Positions 58,155 to 64,000 of a stretch of DNA of 64,000 nt are shown here, piece after piece. The notes under the pieces are model-generated. The model made no database searches. It was not told the origin of the DNA and saw only the letters and a list, made by a program, of their open reading frames with translations. Both the position numbers and the translations under genes were made by a program. Every line of letters starts with the position of its first letter. The first letter of the stretch is position 1. Origin of the DNA: Candidatus Anstonellaceae archaeon (GTDB lineage: Archaea; Micrarchaeota; Micrarchaeia; Anstonellales; Anstonellaceae); assembly GCA_038891055.1 (NCBI GenBank), contig JAWAEU010000005.1:19330-83329 (forward strand), written 5' to 3'.

Positions 58155-59321
58155 TTATTGAATTAGACGTTTTTCTACTTGTTGCTCTCCATTGTTGGTA
58201 GTTGTTAGTATCAAGAGGTTACCTTTTTTGCCTTCTTTGTTTAATTGTCCAATTACATATTTTAGTGCTAGATCTTTTTGCATTGGTTGGTTAAACTTAA
58301 CTTCCATGACTTGCTCTCCAAGTAAATTATATACATTCACTCTAATTAGTTGGTCTTTTTCAATATAATTTGTTACAGCTGAAGGTTGTTGTTCCTGGTA
58401 TTTTTTGATAACTTGAGTGTAGCTTAATTCTGCTTTAGTTTCAGTTCTAATCCTATTAGACCTTAGTTTAACTCCCTCCACTTTAGAGGTTTGTCCCTCA
58501 AAAAGTGGAAAAATTTTTTCCTTATCGAACTTTCCAATACACATTCCAACAAATTCCCTTGACTGCAGGTCATAAACATAAATCTCAGGTACATTATTTT
58601 TAGCTTTTGCTTCGAAGGTGATATATCTTCCTTCCCATCCAATTTTTATGATTCCACCAACATATGCAGTGTCCATAGAATAGAGTGGCATTTTTGCTGC
58701 TATTAGTTTTTTATTTTCTAATACGTAAGCTCGCATATTTCCAGTGCTGTCTTTTATTATTACTATATCTCTATTCTTTGAATCGTAAACGTTTTTATCC
58801 ACTCCAGGTACAAAAATTACTCCATCTGTTTGAGATATTTTTGCAACTACTTCTATTGTATCTCTCTTTCCAGTTGAATCTTGAACTTCTACTTTTGTAT
58901 CGTGTAGTAATTCAAAATCCACAATTTTTAAACCACCAATTGTTTCTCCTAAATTTTTTATTACAATATTATTAACTATTGTATCTTTATTTGGTTGAAT
59001 TTGGACCTTCTCTATTTGGATGCTATCTCCTTTAACTAAATATTTAGAAATTTTCTTCCCCATTCCATTGATATTAACGCTATCTACATATAATTTCTCG
59101 CCCAATTCATTTGCAATTCCAATTATTCTAAGTGTGTCTTTTGTATCTTTTTTTATTATTATATTCTCTTGCAGAGGACTAAAAGTAGTATCTGGTTTTA
59201 TATAATACCCCCTCTCAAATAACACAGTATCTTTCTGAATGTCACTAGCTTTGAGGGTGTTAACAGAAATTACTCCCATAGCCATTGCAGAAATTCCAAC
59301 CACATTTCTCCTATTTTTCAT
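58155..59321 (-). CDS. secreted beta-rich protein with C-terminal domain resembling bacterial T9SS (Por_Secre_tail) sorting domains
   Basis: 388 aa. Signal peptide 'VVGISAMAMGVISVNTLKA'. The C-terminal about 70 aa, 'LIRVNVYNLLGEQVMEVKF...LALKYVIGQL...GNLLILTT...EKRLIQ', fit the I-x-I/V-Y-[DN]-x-x-G-x-x-V ... G-x-Y ... K-[IL] pattern of T9SS C-terminal domains. Confidence 0.45.
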   Translation of the reverse strand: MKNRRNVVGISAMAMGVISVNTLKASDIQKDTVLFERGYYIKPDTTFSPLQENIIIKKDTKDTLRIIGIANELGEKLYVDSVNINGMGKKISKYLVKGDSIQIEKVQIQPNKDTIVNNIVIKNLGETIGGLKIVDFELLHDTKVEVQDSTGKRDTIEVVAKISQTDGVIFVPGVDKNVYDSKNRDIVIIKDSTGNMRAYVLENKKLIAAKMPLYSMDTAYVGGIIKIGWEGRYITFEAKAKNNVPEIYVYDLQSREFVGMCIGKFDKEKIFPLFEGQTSKVEGVKLRSNRIRTETKAELSYTQVIKKYQEQQPSAVTNYIEKDQLIRVNVYNLLGEQVMEVKFNQPMQKDLALKYVIGQLNKEGKKGNLLILTTTNNGEQQVEKRLIQ

Positions 59322-59467
59322 ATTTTCACCTATTTTTCATTATTTATAACTATATATTGTAGCTAAAGATTTATAAACCTTTGTGTTTATTTTTGTAATT
59401 AGATGGTTTAATTTTTTGAGCTTTTAGAGTAGAAAAGAAAGAGTGGGGGAAGGGGGGTAATTAAATT

Positions 59468-59815
59468 TTAAAACGAGTTTGTTTTTTTCTTTTCTTCTAT
59501 ATCTATTATCGCTTTTGCAATATCATAATTTGCAGCTTTTAGTGCTTCAATTGCCTCTTGTTCACTACAAGAAGTCTTTGACATTATTAATTTTATCTCT
59601 TCTGTAGAGATGTTTTGTTCTTTTTTTATTTTTCCACTTATTTGATAGCTAACCTCCTCTCTTACCTTTATTTCAATCACTTGAGGTTGTTGAATAACTA
59701 TATTATAATTTGGAGTTTTAATTACAACTTCTATTGCTTCTATCTCACTACTTTCAACTCCAAATTGTTTTAACATTTTGGACAGCTGCTTTGAATCTAA
59801 ATTAGGACCAAACAT
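59468..59815 (-). CDS. nac: nascent polypeptide-associated complex protein (archaeal NAC alpha) with UBA domain
   Basis: 115 aa. NAC domain 'AIEVVIKTPNYNIVIQQPQVIEIK' and C-terminal UBA-like 'SEQEAIEALKAANYDIAKAI'. Confidence 0.8.
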   Translation of the reverse strand: MFGPNLDSKQLSKMLKQFGVESSEIEAIEVVIKTPNYNIVIQQPQVIEIKVREEVSYQISGKIKKEQNISTEEIKLIMSKTSCSEQEAIEALKAANYDIAKAIIDIEEKKKTNSF

Positions 59816-59878
59816 AAATCTCCCCTTTTAAATAGTTTTACAACAAATAATTATAAAACATTTCTGTTTTATTTTTTT

Positions 59879-60172
59879 ATGCAAAAACAAAAAGTGGATA
59901 GCGTTATTATTTGCCCAAAGTGTGGTACGAGGCATTTAGCAAATGCCAAATATTGCACAAAGTGTGGCTATATTTTTGTATCCCCTCACAAAAAAATAGA
60001 AAAAGTTTCTGCAAAACTAGAAAAAAAAGAGGAAAAAACTCAAAAAGAAAATTTAGAAACAAAAATAGAATCAATAAACACTTCTCTTTCAAATAAATTA
60101 GTTTGCCCAATTTGTCATACTTCATTTTCTTCAAATCTAAAAAGATGTCCAAAATGTGGATTTAAAATATAA
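59879..60172 (+). CDS. double zinc-ribbon protein
   Basis: 97 aa with 'CPKCGTRH...CTKCG' at the N-terminus and 'CPICHTS...CPKCG' at the C-terminus. Confidence 0.5.
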   Translation: MQKQKVDSVIICPKCGTRHLANAKYCTKCGYIFVSPHKKIEKVSAKLEKKEEKTQKENLETKIESINTSLSNKLVCPICHTSFSSNLKRCPKCGFKI

Positions 60173-60185
60173 TTAGTCAGCTACT

Positions 60186-61226
60186 CTAAAATCTCAAAAA
60201 AGCAATCAGTCCACCGAATGCCTTTAGTTCCTCCCCAGCTTCTGAATGTGAAGAAAAAATATAGACTGGTTTGTTTCTTTTTTCTGTTTCTATTACAAGT
60301 TGTTTTATTTGTTCCTTTGTACTCAGCAGGCTATCTAAAACAACTATCTTTTCTATAGCTTCATTTTCTAAGGCTTTTTTTATATTATCATATCCATAAG
60401 TTATTTTATTTGAACCTTTCGCAAGAAGAGTTTTAAATTCCTCCATCATTTTAAGCTCAACTGCTATTTGTTGTTCTTGGATAACTTTGTTTACAACACC
60501 TTTTTTTAGTAATTCTATCACCCCACTTTTTTCAGCATAAGAGCAATGTTCTAATATTATTTTGGAAACTATCTTGTTCTTTTTTTGTTTTAAATATTCA
60601 AAAAAATTTTTTGCCTCAAATCCAGGTCCTGCAAGAAGTAATGTAAAATTTTGTTCTCCAAGTTGTTCTATTTTCTTCTCTATTTCTTCGTAGTTCTGTT
60701 TTTTTTCTTTTTCAAAATTTTTTTGTTCCAATTTTTTAGTGGTTTTAAATTCCATCTCCCAGCTATATTCTATTCCAAATCCTAAAATCTTTGCAAATAA
60801 AGCTTTTTTTTCATCCATCAACAAGATATAAAGTTTAGGCTTTTTAGTATCTTCAATTGCTTTTTTAATTCTCTCCAAATGATAATTTTGCCACTCTTTT
60901 ATTATTTTTACACTATATCCTGGTTGTAGATCTATTGTATGATAAGAACCTAATTGTAAGTACTCTAATGGTTTTCCTCCAACTATTTTTCCACTCACTC
61001 TAAGATGATTTGTAAATTTTGAAAACTCTGTCTTTTCCACCTCCACTATCACTACAACTTTTTTCTTTTCTTTTTCTGTTTGTTCATTTGCCTGATAAGT
61101 TCTAAAACTGACAGCCTCTATTTTATCCCCAACTTCAATTATATTACTAAGGTGCCATAGATCTTCAGTATTTTGTGGCAGAAGCTCTATTAAGTTTTCT
61201 GCTTTGTTTTGTTTTAGAATTTGCAT
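60186..61226 (-). CDS. pelA: mRNA surveillance / ribosome rescue factor Pelota (Dom34)
   Basis: 346 aa. N-terminal 'PQNTEDLWHLSNIIEVGD', eRF1-like central and C-terminal domains, ending 'GGLIAFLRF'. Confidence 0.85.
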   Translation of the reverse strand: MQILKQNKAENLIELLPQNTEDLWHLSNIIEVGDKIEAVSFRTYQANEQTEKEKKKVVVIVEVEKTEFSKFTNHLRVSGKIVGGKPLEYLQLGSYHTIDLQPGYSVKIIKEWQNYHLERIKKAIEDTKKPKLYILLMDEKKALFAKILGFGIEYSWEMEFKTTKKLEQKNFEKEKKQNYEEIEKKIEQLGEQNFTLLLAGPGFEAKNFFEYLKQKKNKIVSKIILEHCSYAEKSGVIELLKKGVVNKVIQEQQIAVELKMMEEFKTLLAKGSNKITYGYDNIKKALENEAIEKIVVLDSLLSTKEQIKQLVIETEKRNKPVYIFSSHSEAGEELKAFGGLIAFLRF

Positions 61227-61256
61227 AAAATAGTTTTTACTTTTAGGCTTATAAAT

Positions 61257-62354
61257 TTATAATTTCTCTCCAGTTATAAATTTTTCAACCATTTCTTTAG
61301 CAACAGAATCTGGATATTGTCTTGGAGGATGCTTCATAAAATAGGCACTTGGGCCCTCCAAAACCCCTCCTATATTTCTATCTAATGCAATCTGTGCACA
61401 TCTAATAGCATCTACACTTATACCTGCAGAGTTTGCTTTATCATCTACTTCTAAACGAAGTTCAATATTAAATGGAATGTTTGCCCACATTCGCCCTTCT
61501 ATTCGAATAAAACCTAATTTTGTATTTGATAAAAATGGAATAAAGTCAGACGGACCAATATAAATTTTGTCCTCAGGCAATCTTTTTTTCAGTTGACTTT
61601 GGACGGCTTCAGTTTTTGAGATTTTTTTACTTTTAAGTCTTTGTTGTTCTTTCATATTCAAAAAGTCTGTATTTCCTCCAACATTTATTTGGTATGTTTT
61701 TTCTATTATAGCTCCCCTATCATCTACTAATTTTGCTAAAGTGCGATGTACTATAGTAGAGCCTATTTGAGCCTTTATATCATCGCCAATTATTGGAAGA
61801 TTTGCTTTTTTAAATTTCTCTTCCCACTTTGGGTCTGAGGCAATAAATTCAGGTATGGCATTAATAAAAGCGCAGTTTGTCTCTAAAGCCATCTTAGCCC
61901 AAAATCTAGAAGCTTTAGCAGAACCTACTGGCAAATACGATAAAATTATCTTTGCTCCACTACTTTCTATCTCTTCCTTTATTTCTTTTTCTAAAATTTC
62001 GAGTGGTTTATTTTTAATTGGCTGTACTCTCTCTAAAACATAAATACCAACTCCATCCAAAACAGGAGCTTCTTTTACCACTACTGTGCTTTTAGGCATT
62101 TTTGACTTTTCTATCCATTTCACTTCATTTGGTGGACTGTAAGTAGCATCTACTAAATTTTTATTTACTTTTTTAGAATCCACATCAAATGCCGCCACAA
62201 ATTCAATATCTTCTATTTTATATCCTCCTAAAATAGGATGCATCAGCCCAGCAGTTTCATCCACTCCATTTTCTTTGTAATATTGTAATCCTTGGTATAA
62301 TCCAGCAAAACAATTACCAACTCCTACTACTGCCACCTTTATCTTCTTTGTCAT
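61257..62354 (-). CDS. myo-inositol-1-phosphate synthase family protein
   Basis: 365 aa. N-terminal NAD-binding 'VAVVGVGNCFAGLYQG', mid 'QINVGGNTDFLN' (resembles the 'SYNHLGNNDG' region of MIPS), with size as archaeal IPS. Confidence 0.55.
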   Translation of the reverse strand: MTKKIKVAVVGVGNCFAGLYQGLQYYKENGVDETAGLMHPILGGYKIEDIEFVAAFDVDSKKVNKNLVDATYSPPNEVKWIEKSKMPKSTVVVKEAPVLDGVGIYVLERVQPIKNKPLEILEKEIKEEIESSGAKIILSYLPVGSAKASRFWAKMALETNCAFINAIPEFIASDPKWEEKFKKANLPIIGDDIKAQIGSTIVHRTLAKLVDDRGAIIEKTYQINVGGNTDFLNMKEQQRLKSKKISKTEAVQSQLKKRLPEDKIYIGPSDFIPFLSNTKLGFIRIEGRMWANIPFNIELRLEVDDKANSAGISVDAIRCAQIALDRNIGGVLEGPSAYFMKHPPRQYPDSVAKEMVEKFITGEKL

Positions 62355-62557
62355 TTACTCACCTTAATTTTTTATATACACAACTATTTATATGAGTATA
62401 TATTTATATAGGTATATAAATATTTATTGATTTCATTTTTCCCCTTATTTGTAAAACTTTTTTTAAAATTTTTTAAAATAAAAGCTTAAAATCTAACAAA
62501 AAAAAACAACTTAAAACCACCAAAACATTTTTATTTTTTTTTCTTATAAATAATATT

Positions 62558-63313
62558 ATGAAACTCAAAAATTTAAAAGTTAATATAGTTGAAAAATATA
62601 ATAAAAATAGAATAAAGTTTAAACAATTTTTTAGAAGAAGTATCTTAGTTACGACTTTCCTTTCCTCTTCAGTTGCTGGATTTGCTGAAAAGTATGTAAT
62701 GTCAGATACTCTATATATCAAATACCCCTCTGATAATAATTACACGTTAGATTTTCCAGATTATGCAGTTTCTGCAAGAATCAGATTTCTCTTTTTACCA
62801 TCTATAAATATTTACCGTCCAACAGTAATACCTAAGGAAAATGCACCTTTTAGAGATAAAATTACTTTTTCTTCTGCCTCTATTTTTGAGGTGAACGGTC
62901 CAAATTCACTGAAGTGCGATACTACTATTTATGAGGGGTATGATACTATTAAAGTGACATTAATGTTTTCTTACATTGGAAGAGCAGAAAATGATACTTC
63001 TTTTGCAAAAGTAGTGGGTAATCTTGAGGTGGATCATAAAAAAGGACAGTCTCCAACAACTGTAAACGAAGAAAAAAATAATGAATCATTTAAAAATATT
63101 GCATTAAATGAGTTTACTTTATCCAAGTTTTTTGAGAAAGGTGGTAAGGCGCTCTATTTTTATAACATTAAAGGACAATTTCTAGCAAAAATAACCTCTT
63201 CAAACCAATCAGAAATTTCAAGTTTAGCTGATGGTTATTATTATGTAGTTTTTGAAGACAAAAATAGTAGAAAAGAACCCCAGCGTTTAGTTCTTCTAAG
63301 AACCAACAAATAA
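62558..63313 (+). CDS. secreted protein with T9SS-like C-terminal sorting domain (second copy of that domain type)
   Basis: 251 aa. Signal-like 'SILVTTFLSSSVAGFA'. C-terminal 'LYFYNIKGQFLAKITSSNQSEISSLADGYYYVVFEDKNSRKEPQRLVLL' closely follows the T9SS CTD consensus (..IYDxxGxxV....ID.S.L..GIY.V.I......K.I). Confidence 0.45.
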   Translation: MKLKNLKVNIVEKYNKNRIKFKQFFRRSILVTTFLSSSVAGFAEKYVMSDTLYIKYPSDNNYTLDFPDYAVSARIRFLFLPSINIYRPTVIPKENAPFRDKITFSSASIFEVNGPNSLKCDTTIYEGYDTIKVTLMFSYIGRAENDTSFAKVVGNLEVDHKKGQSPTTVNEEKNNESFKNIALNEFTLSKFFEKGGKALYFYNIKGQFLAKITSSNQSEISSLADGYYYVVFEDKNSRKEPQRLVLLRTNK

Positions 63314-63426
63314 TCTAAAATTTTTTATTTTTCTTCTTTTATTTTTTAAAGCATTTAAATTAACTGCGAAGTTTTTAAGAGGAGCTTTAAGTAATTATTT
63401 TATAAAAAATCAGTCAAAGATTTTCT

Positions 63427-63741
63427 ATGAGAAAAATAAATATTAAGAAAATTTTTTCTTTTTGCAAAAAAATACCAAAAGGAAAAGTTTCAACTTACAA
63501 ATATCTTGCAGCTGCCGCAGGATATAAAAAAGCTTATAGGGCAGTTGCTAATTTGTTAAAAAAATCTCCTGCAATGCCATCTGTTCCTTGTCATAGAGTA
63601 GTGCAATCAAGTGGCTGTGTGGGCGGATATAAATTTGGCCAAAAGTTAAAAATAAAACTCCTCAAACAAGAAGGTCTAAAAATAAAAAATAAAAAAATTC
63701 TAAATTTTTCTACAGTACTCTATAATTTTAAATCTAGATAG
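63427..63741 (+). CDS. ogt: stand-alone methylated-DNA-[protein]-cysteine methyltransferase DNA-binding/active-site domain (Ogt/MGMT C-domain)
   Basis: 104 aa. HTH of the MGMT DNA-binding domain and the active-site signature 'PCHRVV' with the Cys retained. No N-terminal domain. Confidence 0.7.
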   Translation: MRKINIKKIFSFCKKIPKGKVSTYKYLAAAAGYKKAYRAVANLLKKSPAMPSVPCHRVVQSSGCVGGYKFGQKLKIKLLKQEGLKIKNKKILNFSTVLYNFKSR

Positions 63742-63809
63742 ATTATTCTATTTTTTATATTCAAATGCAATAGATGTTTTATTTTTTCAATCGCTCTAGT
63801 TGCCTCTTT

Positions 63810-64000
63810 TCAATAGCCTAATTTTTTTTTTCTTTTAGAGCTTTTAGTAGATGTTTTTAGTGCTGGGGTTTCTTTTAATTTTCTTAGTGTCCAAATTTCC
63901 TCAAGTCTAACTATTTCTTTTTTATCTTCTAGTGCTGCTTTTAAATAATCAAACAAACTTCTACTCTTAGTTGTGCAATTAAAAAAACAGCATCTTTTTA
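63810..64000 (-). CDS. 3' end of an unidentified minus-strand gene running off the window
   Basis: Open frame on the minus strand from the window edge to TGA at 63810-63812 (...DYLKAALEDKKEIVRLEEIWTLRKLKETPALKTSTKSSKRKKKLGY). Not in the ORF track; no start within the window. Confidence 0.2.
   Translation of the reverse strand, partial: KRCCFFNCTTKSRSLFDYLKAALEDKKEIVRLEEIWTLRKLKETPALKTSTKSSKRKKKLGY

Noticed and set aside
1-64000. CRISPR array / cas genes
   Set aside because: No regularly spaced direct repeats and no Cas-like motifs were found on either strand. The only defence-type genes seen are the Mod/Res pair.

Overview
This is a visibly AT-rich, very gene-dense archaeal fragment of about 64 kb. 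Roughly 60 protein genes sit on both strands with short or overlapping intergenic spacers. No rRNA and no CRISPR array are present. The archaeal origin is supported by universal and archaea-specific markers: ribosomal proteins L1-L10(P0)-L12(P1) in a row, S15 and S3Ae, L40e, S10 next to aEF-1alpha, Alba, topoisomerase VI B and A, Pelota, NAC, class-I CCA enzyme, archaeal-type AspRS, PurP, and the tRNA thiolation pair NcsA plus a ThiS-like SAMP. Seven tRNA genes are present (Asp, Tyr with a 39-nt intron, Val, Glu, Asn, Leu, Thr). Together with short proteins and a fragmented r-protein operon, this suggests a small-genome, DPANN-like archaeon. Housekeeping content is dominated by translation and tRNA modification (ValRS, AlaRS, AspRS, Elp3, NcsA/SAMP, CCA, LigT). 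Five regions stand out. (i) 25.2-29.4 kb: a heavy-metal locus in which a CopA-type P1B-ATPase is preceded by three uncharacterised Cys-bearing membrane proteins, including a membrane-tethered winged-helix regulator candidate. (ii) 42.3-48.6 kb: a Type III-like restriction-modification pair (Mod with a long extra N-terminal region, then a DEAH helicase/nuclease Res) with two small unknown ORFs upstream, inserted beside the conserved tuf-rps10 unit. (iii) Secreted or surface proteins with unusual sorting signals: two proteins with bacterial T9SS-like C-terminal domains, a PGF-CTERM-like Cys-rich protein, and two lipoproteins sharing an LFFSGC lipobox. (iv) Small RNA-level features: an unannotated L40e gene between tRNAs, a C/D-box sRNA candidate, and a GC-rich hairpin island. 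(v) A presenilin/SPP-type intramembrane protease homolog. All calls are from reading motifs in the translated ORFs; no database search was run.
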